DNA from: a virus
Taxonomy: Duplodnaviria; Heunggongvirae; Uroviricota; Caudoviricetes
Length of the DNA stretch: 64,000 bases
Virus record (IMG/VR): IMGVR_UViG_3300046820_000635
Strand: one strand, 5' to 3'
Shown: in pieces, positions 17,163 through 26,654 of the stretch
How the letters are laid out: each line of letters starts with the position of its first letter
Numbering within the stretch: the stretch's first letter is position 1
The notes under the pieces: model-generated
What the model saw: the letters and a program-made list of their open reading frames with translations, nothing else
Database searches by the model: none
Told to the model about the DNA's origin: nothing
Program-made: the position numbers and the translations under genes

Positions 17163-17708
17163 ATGAGTCTAAAAGATATTACCAAAGACCTCCACCATGA
17201 GGCAGAAACAACAAAGTTCGCTAAGATGCTGCTTAGTGGCAAGATTGGCAAAGAAGACTACAGAAACTATCTGTATAACTTAATGGCAGTATACGATCCA
17301 ATCGAATGGTACTGTCAGCGTCAAGGATTCCTTGTCGCAATGCCAGACTTACCTCGTCTAAAATCAATCTATGCAGATTTCATGGAGCTAGACGACGGAT
17401 CTTACTGTTACCTAACTCCAGCAACACTTGAATACCAAGCATACTTACACAAACTAGGTAACGATGAACAACGTAAACACCTTGTTAAAGCGCATCTATA
17501 TTGCCGCCATATGGGCGACTTATTCGGTGGCCAAATCATTAAGAAGCAGGTAGCACATATTTCAAGCGGTAAGTTCTACGACTTTGAAAATGCTGATGCT
17601 ATGAAGATGGCTATTCGCGTAACGCTTACCGACGACTTAGGTGACGAAGCTCGTGTAGCATTTGAATACGCTATTAAGATGATGCGAGATTTGTATAATG
17701 GAGAGTAA
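17163..17708 (+). CDS. Heme oxygenase (HO-1 family)
   Basis: LKDITKDLHHEAETTKF...YRNYLYNLMAVYDPIEW and AHLYCRHMGDLFGGQIIKK match the proximal-His and GDLSGGQ helix motifs of heme oxygenase. Confidence 0.7.
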   Translation: MSLKDITKDLHHEAETTKFAKMLLSGKIGKEDYRNYLYNLMAVYDPIEWYCQRQGFLVAMPDLPRLKSIYADFMELDDGSYCYLTPATLEYQAYLHKLGNDEQRKHLVKAHLYCRHMGDLFGGQIIKKQVAHISSGKFYDFENADAMKMAIRVTLTDDLGDEARVAFEYAIKMMRDLYNGE

Positions 17709-18381
17709 AGTTTGGGACTCACTGATTGCTGTACAACAGTACTTTGAAGAGTCATTTAATAATACAGGAAAGGAAGTCTATGAGACGGGTATGGATCGCT
17801 TTAACAGCCCTGGTTGGGTTAACCGTGTTTGGACCAGTGGGTCTTATCGTCGTGCTCACGTTGATGTTGTGGATGCTAGGAAAACAAAAGGACTGTGGAT
17901 GATGCACTGCTGTGTGTTTCCTCATACACACAATCCGGCACCAATCTTTGGTTTTGATGTTATTGCAGGCAAGAATAAAATCACAGGTTGTTTTTATGAC
18001 TACAGCCCTGCAGGCGATCCCGAACACCCTATGCTTGACTGGTTCGCAGACGAAGCACAACAACTAGAATGGGTTAAGACACGCAAGTTACCCGAGTGGG
18101 CTGAACGTATCTTTAGTACCAGTATGGTAGCTGCTGCTAATGTTAGTGACGAGACCGAACTTGCACAGATTGTAGACATGGCCTATCGTGGAATCGATAC
18201 TTACCTGCAATCAGTAGGCAATACCAACAATACAGCACATGACACAACAGACGCACAAAACTTCTATTGCGAAAATCAAAAGATGAATCCGCATACACCA
18301 AAAGTTATGGTCAGTCTTGGACTTAGCGAAGAAGACGTAAAGGTCTTTATTCAGGATTGTCTGTTTCCTGAAATCAAATAA
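17698..18381 (+). CDS. Ferredoxin-dependent bilin reductase (PebS/PcyA/PcyX family)
   Basis: RRAHVDVVDARKTKGLWMMHCCVFPHTHNPAPIFGFDVIAG matches the FDBR core (R.AH.D......L...H.V.FP......P.FG.D...). Overlaps and follows the heme oxygenase gene. Confidence 0.7.
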   Translation: MESKVWDSLIAVQQYFEESFNNTGKEVYETGMDRFNSPGWVNRVWTSGSYRRAHVDVVDARKTKGLWMMHCCVFPHTHNPAPIFGFDVIAGKNKITGCFYDYSPAGDPEHPMLDWFADEAQQLEWVKTRKLPEWAERIFSTSMVAAANVSDETELAQIVDMAYRGIDTYLQSVGNTNNTAHDTTDAQNFYCENQKMNPHTPKVMVSLGLSEEDVKVFIQDCLFPEIK

Positions 18382-18389
18382 ATACTTGC

Positions 18390-18671
18390 ATGAGAGCAAG
18401 TGATTTTGATAGAATAAAGAAAGACAAGTTTAAACCTAAACTGGTCGCAAGATGGTGGGGTGGTTACAACGGTAACAGTATCCCGCCTGATGTAAAGCCT
18501 CTATTTCAAAAACACGTTAAAACAGCCGCTAACGGCAAACAATACATTAATCAATATGACGATCGTTGGTATTATAGTGTATTCAAAAACTACCCACATA
18601 TTACAGACTGGGACAGTTTCTTTGACGTAATCAAACCCTACTTTACCGTACAAAGAAAACAAGATATTTAA
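18390..18671 (+). CDS. hypothetical protein
   Basis: 93 aa ORF. Confidence 0.35.
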   Translation: MRASDFDRIKKDKFKPKLVARWWGGYNGNSIPPDVKPLFQKHVKTAANGKQYINQYDDRWYYSVFKNYPHITDWDSFFDVIKPYFTVQRKQDI

Positions 18672-18755
18672 GGTTTTCTTGCTCTAGATTAAACTCAGCG
18701 TTTAATTGCTGCCCCCGTGTATCTAAATACTATACCGATTACCGGGAGCGAATCA

Positions 18756-19247
18756 ATGAAAAGAACAATAGTAGGATTGGGGATTACTCTGGCCGTATAC
18801 ACGACATACGCAGCAGAAATCCAACATAGCTTTAATAGTCCGTCATTTAGTGGTGTAGGATATAGCAGCCATGTTCTTACACTTAAACAACTAGAAGATC
18901 AGCAGAAAGATAAAAACAAAGCTGCGATCGACGCATTAAAAGCTGCTGCTGAAAGAGAAGCAGCAAATACTCCACAGGCTAGATTTAAAGCCAGCATGGA
19001 AACAAGAGTCTACAGCGAGTTAGCTAAACGTATTAGCGATAGCCTATTCGGTAGCACAACTACAGCACCTACCTGCAATGGCGGTGGATCTAGTTCTTCT
19101 AGCAGCCCTTGCGCTGCTATTGAGTTAGTAGGACAAAACATTTCTTGGTGGATTACAGGATCTAACATTATTGTTAGAATTCAGGATGCTAATGATCCTA
19201 ACACATACACAGAAATGACCATGCCATATGCGGCATTTAGCATCTAA
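18756..19247 (+). CDS. CsgF-like curli assembly component (secreted)
   Basis: Signal peptide MKRTIVGLGITLAVYTTYA. Mature N-terminus EIQHSFNSPSFSGVGYSSHVLTLKQ parallels CsgF [29 protein letters not shown]. GGGAG RBS. Confidence 0.6.
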   Translation: MKRTIVGLGITLAVYTTYAAEIQHSFNSPSFSGVGYSSHVLTLKQLEDQQKDKNKAAIDALKAAAEREAANTPQARFKASMETRVYSELAKRISDSLFGSTTTAPTCNGGGSSSSSSPCAAIELVGQNISWWITGSNIIVRIQDANDPNTYTEMTMPYAAFSI

Positions 19248-19258
19248 GGATTAGAAAC

Positions 19259-20215
19259 ATGACAAAAACAATTATATCCTTAGCAATCATTGCATTATTG
19301 AGCGGATGTGCAACAAGTTCAGCTATACATGAAAAAGTCACAGGCAAACAATTTGATGAGCCAGTAGTTGAACAGAGTACATACTTAAAGAAAGATACAA
19401 ACAAGTTAAAGCCGCCAGCAACTGGTCCCATTCCTATTGCCGTATACGGATTTCAGGACAAGACTGGACAACGTAAGAGCATTCCGAACATTGCTAGTTT
19501 GAGTTCGGCAGTAACACAAGGTGCAGACAGCTATTTGATTAAAGCATTACAAGATGTAGGTGACCAGCGTTGGTTTACTGTTCTTGAAAGAGTTGGTTTA
19601 GAAAACCTAATCAAAGAGCGTCAAATGATTCGACAGATGCGTGAGCAGTATCAAGGTAAGGATGCAAAGCCTTTACCTCCTATGATGTTTGCTGGCGTAA
19701 TAGTTGAAGGTGGTATTATAGGCTATGATTCAAATACTCTAACTGGTGGTAGCGGAGTTAGATTTTTAGGAGTCGGAGCAACTACACAATACCAAAGCGA
19801 TACTGTAACTGTTAATCTACGCACAGTTAGCGTAAGCACAGGAGAAGTATTAACCAGTGTTACTATCACAAAAACTGTGTTAAGTTACATGGACAAGTTC
19901 GGAGTTCTGAAGTTTGTTGAGCAAGGTACACAAAGTATCGAAGCAGAAACAGGCGGCAGTATCAACGAAAGTATCAACAAAGCTGTGAATCTAGCAGTTC
20001 AAGCAGCCGTTGTTGGTACTATACATGAAGGTGCAAGGAAAGGGCATTGGAACTTTAAGGAGGAGAAAAAAGATGAGTTGGTTCAATCACAAACCTCGCC
20101 GCAAAGAGCCGCCGAAACTGTACCCTCACAACCACAGCCCAGCGACAAAGAAAGCGCTGGATCAGGCAAAGCAGTTGAGTCCGACAAAACAAACGGACAA
20201 AAAGAAGTAAAATAA
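19259..20215 (+). CDS. CsgG-like outer-membrane lipoprotein secretion channel
   Basis: Lipobox LLSGCATSS. IAVYGFQDKTGQ...RWFTVLERVGLENLIKERQMIRQ...AGVIVEGGIIGYDSNTLTGGSGVRFLGVGATTQYQSDTVTVNLRTVSVSTGEVLTSV aligns along the whole E. coli CsgG sequence. Confidence 0.85.
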   Translation: MTKTIISLAIIALLSGCATSSAIHEKVTGKQFDEPVVEQSTYLKKDTNKLKPPATGPIPIAVYGFQDKTGQRKSIPNIASLSSAVTQGADSYLIKALQDVGDQRWFTVLERVGLENLIKERQMIRQMREQYQGKDAKPLPPMMFAGVIVEGGIIGYDSNTLTGGSGVRFLGVGATTQYQSDTVTVNLRTVSVSTGEVLTSVTITKTVLSYMDKFGVLKFVEQGTQSIEAETGGSINESINKAVNLAVQAAVVGTIHEGARKGHWNFKEEKKDELVQSQTSPQRAAETVPSQPQPSDKESAGSGKAVESDKTNGQKEVK

Positions 20216-20228
20216 CAGGGAGCTCACT

Positions 20229-21065
20229 GTGTTACAAGCCGCAGTGAAAATAAAAATGAAATTAGGACAAACAAATACAATTAAAAATATAGTCCTGGTA
20301 ACGGCATTGGCAATGGCTAGCATCACAAATGCTCAGTCAACAGTTGCTACAGGCCCAAACAAGGTCTATATCGAACAAGTCGGTAATAGCAATACAGTTA
20401 CCATTCAGCAAGTTGGCGGAACTAACGACGTTGGCGGAACAGCCGTTACAGCATCATCAGTTGCAGCCAATGGAGTAACCACATTAACTCCAACAGCACC
20501 TAGTTCTTCGAACTATGCTACTATCACAGGTAGTTCGAATACTGTTACTCTAAATCAAACAGGTAACGGCAACAGTGCGCAGTACAATATTCAAGGTAAC
20601 GACAATGTCTATACCAGCAACGTTACAGGACACGGTAATCAAACTAGGTTAACTGTGGGCGATGTTAACAATGCTAGTAATCTACGTAATGTTATTACAG
20701 AAACAATCGTTGGCGACACAAACTTGATTATACAAGATATTGTTGGTAGTGATATTACCAGTATTACAGGTATTACAGGCAACTCAAACCAAGTTACAAA
20801 AAGTTTGTTAAGCTCAAACGGTACTAGCGACATTAGTATTTCTGGTAATAGTAACGTTCTAAACATTCAGCAAACAGACGCTGCTGGTGCAAACGGGCAT
20901 TATCTAAAACAAGTTATAGCAGGTGACTACAACAGCATCACTACTCAACAGCAAGGTACTAATGATACCACTGTTGATATCCGTGCTACAGGTAGCCACA
21001 ATACTATTACTGTAAGAACTAGTAGTTCAGCTATCGTTAATCCTGCAACAGCAATCGTGAGGTAA
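20229..21065 (+). CDS. Curlin-repeat secreted protein (CsgA/CsgB-like amyloid subunit candidate)
   Basis: Signal peptide, then degenerate repeats of the S-x5-Q-x-G-x-G-N-x-A-x3-Q type: NSNTVTIQQVGGTNDVGG, SSNTVTLNQTGNGNSAQYNIQG, GHGNQTRLTVGDVNNASNLRNVI and others. Confidence 0.6.
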   Translation: MLQAAVKIKMKLGQTNTIKNIVLVTALAMASITNAQSTVATGPNKVYIEQVGNSNTVTIQQVGGTNDVGGTAVTASSVAANGVTTLTPTAPSSSNYATITGSSNTVTLNQTGNGNSAQYNIQGNDNVYTSNVTGHGNQTRLTVGDVNNASNLRNVITETIVGDTNLIIQDIVGSDITSITGITGNSNQVTKSLLSSNGTSDISISGNSNVLNIQQTDAAGANGHYLKQVIAGDYNSITTQQQGTNDTTVDIRATGSHNTITVRTSSSAIVNPATAIVR

Positions 21066-21068
21066 GAC

Positions 21069-22172
21069 ATGCGAGTCCTTTTGTTAGCTCTACTGCTAAC
21101 ATTTTCTGTGGCTTCAAATGCCAATGGCAATATTGGCAAAGTCACAGAAAATAAAGGAAATGCCTGTGAAGTTGAAAGGAACAAGAAGAAGATGTCCGGC
21201 ATTAAAGGTGCCGACATTGAATCTTTGGATACCTATATAACACAGGCATGCGTAAGCACCTTGACATTTACCGATGATACCAAAGTCAAAGTTACAGAAA
21301 ACAGCCGTCTGCTTATTGACGATTTTGTTTTCGATCCTAAGAAAAGCGATGCAGGCAAGCTCGCTCTCAAAGTGGGTATGGGAACCGTTAGATACGCTAG
21401 CGGGCAGATTGCTAAGAACAATCCACAACAAGTCGCAATAAAAACCCCTTCGGCAACTATCGCAGTTCGCGGTACTGATTTCTCTATGACTGTGGACGAA
21501 GCAGGACAGAGTCTTGTGGTCCTACTGCCCAGCTGCAAAGAAGAAAAAGACATGAAGCAGTATGAGCTGGAAGAGAATCGCTGTAAAGTTGGTAAGATTG
21601 AAGTTAGTACAGATGCGGGTAAGGTAGTGTTGGATCAAGCATTTCATGCTACCTATGTTACCAGTACAAACATAATGCCGACTCCGGCTACAGTTATCAA
21701 CACCATCGAGGCCAAAATCAACAACAACCTAATATTGGTTAAGCCTATGGAAGTATCTACTGCTATCCGTGAACATGCCAAGACTAAGCAGGATCGAGAA
21801 CTAGAGGAAATCGAAGCAGAAGCTTCACGCAGACTTGCCGCAAGAGTTAAAGAAGCAGCAGAAGAAATAGAAAGAGCTAGACTGTTGGCACTAGCAGTTG
21901 CCTTGGGTACGGCTAGCTGTAATGCCAGTACCAGTATCTGTGTAAACTGGGAAAACACCGATGCCAGCACTATTCAAACCAAAGGCAAAGGCACTGCTTT
22001 TCGTACCAACGAGGATCACTATGCTGAAGTTAAGACACAGGGCTATAGTTCAAATACAAGCATTACAATAATACACAACGATGCATCGGCAACAGAAGTT
22101 ATCGGTGACGGAAGCGCAGGCGGAAATATGATTTATATCAAACAGAATGCAGGAGTGCTAAGAAGAAGATGA
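21069..22172 (+). CDS. Secreted FecR-domain protein with C-terminal coiled coil
   Basis: Signal peptide MRVLLLALLLTFSVASNA. IAIKTPSATIAVRGTDFSMTV matches the FecR beta-motif. Confidence 0.5.
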   Translation: MRVLLLALLLTFSVASNANGNIGKVTENKGNACEVERNKKKMSGIKGADIESLDTYITQACVSTLTFTDDTKVKVTENSRLLIDDFVFDPKKSDAGKLALKVGMGTVRYASGQIAKNNPQQVAIKTPSATIAVRGTDFSMTVDEAGQSLVVLLPSCKEEKDMKQYELEENRCKVGKIEVSTDAGKVVLDQAFHATYVTSTNIMPTPATVINTIEAKINNNLILVKPMEVSTAIREHAKTKQDRELEEIEAEASRRLAARVKEAAEEIERARLLALAVALGTASCNASTSICVNWENTDASTIQTKGKGTAFRTNEDHYAEVKTQGYSSNTSITIIHNDASATEVIGDGSAGGNMIYIKQNAGVLRRR

Positions 22173-24064
22173 TGACACGCATATTACAGTTCTTGGCATT
22201 GTTGGTACTTTCTGTCAGTGCGCAGAGTCAAACATATTACAATGCTATTGCTACTGCCTATGTTACAACAACTATCAGTCAGCATGTTGTATTTGATGCA
22301 AATATGCAAGCAGGTGGAACATTTACCTTTAGTGTATTAGCACACAATGGCGGTGGACGTGCCGGGCAAAGCGACACAGCCAACGTAAAGATAGAATTCT
22401 ACAACAGTAGTGGCGGATTAGTGTCGCAGGTAAACACATCGCACTCTGCTAACTTACCAAACCCTAACGCTGTGTGTGGTAATCCTTGTATCGATACAAG
22501 CGTTCCTTGGACAACACTGACTGTTAGTAAAACACTATCTGCGGCGGAAGCTGGAACAGTGGCCTATGCCCGAGTTAGTATGTATGGTATTGATGGAAGC
22601 TATTGGGCAGGTGATTACGGTCCGTGGTATCGTGCTCCTACTCTGCAACTTAACAGTGGTGGCAACTTATTGTATAACCCAGAGTTTGGTCCTTACAACA
22701 ACATAACAGCACAGGGTTGGACCAGTAATCCAGGGTTCGGTGCTTGTCAAGGTGCATGGGGTGGTAGTAATGCCTGTATCGTTAACAGCGATGGTGTACC
22801 TGGTTCTAGTACAGTTGGTTTAGTTGCTAACCAGAATGGTGGAGGCCCTAGTGCAACAGGTGGTACAACTAGCGGTACTGCTGGCGGATATAATAACACT
22901 ATGACAGTAACCAACGCAGGTACCGGTGCAACAGCTGGTGGTCCTCCCCCACCAGCCCCAACAGTTATTACCGGGTCATCACCGACAGTTTATATAACAA
23001 ACTACTATCCCACAAGTAATAACAGTCCTGTAAGTGAAGGAGCATCCAATGCTTTTGATGGTAATCCGAATACCAAATATCTAAACTTCGATAAACTAAA
23101 TGCAGGTGTAACTATTAAATTAAATTCGGGTCGAGTAGTTACAGGATTTAAACTTACTACAGCTAACGATTTTAGTGGGAGAGATCCTACTAGTTATAAA
23201 CTCTACGGAAGTAATAACGGAAGTACCTGGACTCTGATTCAGGAAGGTGCATTATCACTTAGCGAAAATCGACTTACAGTTAGTTCTGAGATTACTGTAA
23301 CTAATACTAATGCCTATGTTTACTATTATATTTTCTTTCCAACTACAAAAGCAGGTACAGGTTGTGGATTAGATTGTGATAGTATGCAGATTGCCGAAAT
23401 CACATACATCTATGATGCTAATAATACAACAACATCTACAGCTACAGGTTCATCAGTTTCTAACCCAGGAAGTTTATGCTGCGGAGGAAATGCTTCTTCG
23501 TTTAATGCTAATACTTCTAACTCTGCAAAAGTTTTATTATTCACTAATAGAACAACAGCAGATAGTCAAGTTTATATTGAACAAATCGGTATTGGTAATA
23601 ATATAGAAGTATTTCAATCCGGCACTAGACAAAACTATGCAAAATATTACGGCAATGGATCAAACAATGATGTAACTATTATACAGACAGGAAATGCCTC
23701 TACTTCTGTGAACTATACAGATTTGTCAATAACAGGCAATTCAAATAATGTTAATGTTACACAACAAAGCAGCGGAGGCGGCAAAGGAGCGTTTGTTACT
23801 ATATCTAATAACTCGAATATTGTTAATGTTACGCAAAAAGATTCTGGAAGCCATTATTTAGATCTAGCACTATCCGGTGGAAATAAAACTGTAGGTGTAC
23901 TACAACAGGGATCCGCTAGTCATATGGCTACTATTAATCTAAGTGGAAATCCTACCAGTTTAAATCTAACTCAAAGCGGAAGTACACAAAACTTTTATTC
24001 TATTACTCACAACTGTGCAACAGCAGGTGGGTGTGCTCCTATTACAGTGACACAAGGCAACTAA
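22169..24064 (+). CDS. Large secreted protein: N-terminal beta-rich domain, Gly/Thr/Pro linker, F5/8-type-C (discoidin-like) domain, C-terminal curlin-like repeats
   Basis: Signal peptide. NAFDGNPNTKYLNFDK...TGFKLTTANDFSGRDPTSYKLYGSNNGSTW discoidin-like. C-terminal repeats SQVYIEQIGIGNNIEVFQSG, SNNDVTIIQTGNAS, NSNNVNVTQQSSGGGKGA, NKTVGVLQQGSASHMA. Confidence 0.55.
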   Translation: MMTRILQFLALLVLSVSAQSQTYYNAIATAYVTTTISQHVVFDANMQAGGTFTFSVLAHNGGGRAGQSDTANVKIEFYNSSGGLVSQVNTSHSANLPNPNAVCGNPCIDTSVPWTTLTVSKTLSAAEAGTVAYARVSMYGIDGSYWAGDYGPWYRAPTLQLNSGGNLLYNPEFGPYNNITAQGWTSNPGFGACQGAWGGSNACIVNSDGVPGSSTVGLVANQNGGGPSATGGTTSGTAGGYNNTMTVTNAGTGATAGGPPPPAPTVITGSSPTVYITNYYPTSNNSPVSEGASNAFDGNPNTKYLNFDKLNAGVTIKLNSGRVVTGFKLTTANDFSGRDPTSYKLYGSNNGSTWTLIQEGALSLSENRLTVSSEITVTNTNAYVYYYIFFPTTKAGTGCGLDCDSMQIAEITYIYDANNTTTSTATGSSVSNPGSLCCGGNASSFNANTSNSAKVLLFTNRTTADSQVYIEQIGIGNNIEVFQSGTRQNYAKYYGNGSNNDVTIIQTGNASTSVNYTDLSITGNSNNVNVTQQSSGGGKGAFVTISNNSNIVNVTQKDSGSHYLDLALSGGNKTVGVLQQGSASHMATINLSGNPTSLNLTQSGSTQNFYSITHNCATAGGCAPITVTQGN

Positions 24065-24080
24065 TACAGCAAATAAATAG

Positions 24081-26135
24081 TTGATGCAAATCAAACTAAA
24101 ATCTTTGCTGTTAAGCCCGTGGACAGCAGTAATCACACTGGCACTAGTACTAGGTATCCGCGTTAGCGATCCAGCGTTTGTAGAAAGCGTTAGACTACGT
24201 TATTTTGACACACTAATCACTGCTAAAGAACCTACACAAAATAATATTGTTACGGTTAACATTGACGAAGAATCTTTAGATAAACTAGGACAATGGCCTT
24301 TACCGAGGGCAGAGTATGCTAAAATTATTAAAGACTTGTATGATAGGGGCGCTGGCCTTGTTGTTCTCAACGTGCTTATGGCTGAGCCTGATCGCACTGG
24401 TGGTGACTCAGCTCTTGCCCAGGCTCTTTCTCAATATCCAGTAGTTCTAGGTAGTGTACCTAGCGACAAAACAAAAAACATTCCACGCAATCCGGGCAGT
24501 GCTGTTCTGGGACCAGAGTTTCTTGATCAAATCATAACCTATCCCGGAATCATTGCCAATATACCTCCTCTAGAAAAATCAGCAGCAGGGATTGGTATTG
24601 TAAATACTCTACCAGAAGTTGATGGTGTAAATCGCCGATTACCTTTGATTGCCGGTGTTGACGGCAAACTATACCCAAGCATAGCTATGGAGACACTGCG
24701 AGTAGCAGCAGGCGATTCAACCTTTCAAGTAAAGCTCAACGAGAATGGCGTTGAGAAAATGCGTATTCCAAAGTTTGGCCCTATTACTACGGACAACTTT
24801 GGACGCATCTGGGTCGATTGGAGCCAGGAGAATCAAAGTGTAAGTCTAACTAACTTGCCCAAAGATCTCGCTGGCGCTATCGTTATTGTTGGACCTACCG
24901 CAGCAGGGGTGAGCAATCCAGTACCGACTGCTAAGGGTGCAGTATGGCCGCATGATGTTCAAGCCGCAGTTATTGGTACAATGGTCAATGGCGTTGTTAT
25001 ACAGAGGCCTGACTATGCAGACGGTCTAGAAATACTTGCTATTGCATTAGCAGGATTAATTTTATTATTTTTAACAAGGTGGACTTATGTTGGATTGGGT
25101 GCAACTATTGTTATTGCTGTGGGCGGCTACGTTGCTAGTAGCTACGCTTTCAGTAACTTTCTATTCTTATTTGATACTACTGCCTTTACAGCTGGCACAG
25201 TCTTGGTCGCTTTGCATGCCTATGGTGTCAAGTTTGTAAGTGAGTTTTTACAGAAGCAGGCAATCAAGAAACAGTTTGCTGGCTACTGCTCAAAAGAAGT
25301 AGTAGAGATGCTACAGAAAGATCCAGACTTAATCAAGCGTGGTGTGCGTAAAGACGTGTCAGTTATGTTTAGTGACTTGCGTGGATTTACTCCTATTGGT
25401 GAACATTACGGTGATGATGTAGGCGGACTAGGCAAGTACATGAACGGCTACATGGATGCTATTAGTCGTCCTATTATGGACAACAAGGGTATGGTTATCA
25501 AGTATGTAGGTGATGCGTCAATGCACATCCATGGAGCTCCTATTGAAGATCCTAACCACGCTAGAACTATTGTTGCTGTTGGCCTACAGATGTTAGATGC
25601 TGTTGATGCCTATACAAAAGAAATGGAAGCACAAGGATTACCACCAGCCGCAATGGGTTGGGGTTGTAACACAGGTATTGGCTTCATTGGCGAGATGGGT
25701 TCAACTGATAGGCACAGCTATGACATCTTAGGCGACATGGTTTCAACTGCGGCTCGCTTAGAAGCACGTTGCAAGGCTTATGGCGTACTATGTATTATTG
25801 GTGCTGAAACATACAACCGCACTAAAGATGATTTCTTCTACTTGTGTATCGATAACTTACAACCCAAGGGCAAGTCAGTAGCAGACTTAATATATACAGC
25901 ACTACGCCCCAACGGTGAGGACTGGAGTAAAGACCTAGTTAAGTACAACGAAATGCAAGCCCTGTACAAGGCTAAGAAGTTTGACGAAGCTGCTGCTATG
26001 TGCTCTAAGATGAAAGGTACATTCGGTGGACAAATGGACAAGTATTATAAGATTTGGATTGAACGTTGTGACTTCATGAAACAGCAAGATCTAGGCCCAG
26101 ATTGGCAGGGAGAGTTTATAGCGAATGAAAAATAA
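24081..26135 (+). CDS. CHASE2 sensor domain - multi-TM - class III adenylate/guanylate cyclase
   Basis: N-terminal TM plus an extracytoplasmic CHASE2-like region, about 4 TM helices, then VSVMFSDLRGFTPIGEHY...GDASMHIHGAP (cyclase metal-binding Asp and transition-state residues). Confidence 0.75.
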   Translation: MMQIKLKSLLLSPWTAVITLALVLGIRVSDPAFVESVRLRYFDTLITAKEPTQNNIVTVNIDEESLDKLGQWPLPRAEYAKIIKDLYDRGAGLVVLNVLMAEPDRTGGDSALAQALSQYPVVLGSVPSDKTKNIPRNPGSAVLGPEFLDQIITYPGIIANIPPLEKSAAGIGIVNTLPEVDGVNRRLPLIAGVDGKLYPSIAMETLRVAAGDSTFQVKLNENGVEKMRIPKFGPITTDNFGRIWVDWSQENQSVSLTNLPKDLAGAIVIVGPTAAGVSNPVPTAKGAVWPHDVQAAVIGTMVNGVVIQRPDYADGLEILAIALAGLILLFLTRWTYVGLGATIVIAVGGYVASSYAFSNFLFLFDTTAFTAGTVLVALHAYGVKFVSEFLQKQAIKKQFAGYCSKEVVEMLQKDPDLIKRGVRKDVSVMFSDLRGFTPIGEHYGDDVGGLGKYMNGYMDAISRPIMDNKGMVIKYVGDASMHIHGAPIEDPNHARTIVAVGLQMLDAVDAYTKEMEAQGLPPAAMGWGCNTGIGFIGEMGSTDRHSYDILGDMVSTAARLEARCKAYGVLCIIGAETYNRTKDDFFYLCIDNLQPKGKSVADLIYTALRPNGEDWSKDLVKYNEMQALYKAKKFDEAAAMCSKMKGTFGGQMDKYYKIWIERCDFMKQQDLGPDWQGEFIANEK

Positions 26136-26298
26136 TTTCTACACTCCACTAGACTGGTGGGTTGAATATTCTGTATGGATAATGCTACAGTACAAGTTTA
26201 TGTTGCCGGCAATGATGATTGCTCGTAACAATGAAACAGAACAGTTTATCAAACAGTTTACACTTAACGGTATTAAGATTCCTACTATTTGCAGGCCA

Positions 26299-26327
26299 TA
26301 AAAAAAGCACCCTATGGGTGCTTTTTA
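26299..26327. terminator. Bidirectional rho-independent terminator
   Basis: AAAAAAAGCACCC-tat-GGGTGCTTTTT between convergent gene blocks. Confidence 0.75.
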
Positions 26328-26654
26328 ACTACTTCCACTTTTGGCTTCTTTATCATCGTCGCCAACTTTATTAATTTCTTTTTCAGCTTCAACACGCTCG
26401 TATTCAATAGTCTTGCCACGCAGGTGTAAGACTGTGTTGACCTTTTGATTTAAACGAATCAAATCGTTATCTAGCATACGGATACGATCAATAAGTGCAA
26501 TCAAAACGGTATTGGCATCACTGATAACTGGTTTAACTTCTTTAGTAGCCCATTCCCAAACGTATTTGATAATGAAGCCCATTCCAACTGCCATGACAAT
26601 TGGAAAACCATACTTATTGACTAACTCAACTACATCCATTCTCGTCTCCAACAT
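26325..26654 (-). CDS. Small membrane protein, paralog A
   Basis: N-terminal TM. ALIDRIRMLDNDLIRLNQKVNTVLHLRG parallels the motif in the 26835..27116 ORF. Confidence 0.5.
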   Translation of the reverse strand: MLETRMDVVELVNKYGFPIVMAVGMGFIIKYVWEWATKEVKPVISDANTVLIALIDRIRMLDNDLIRLNQKVNTVLHLRGKTIEYERVEAEKEINKVGDDDKEAKSGSS

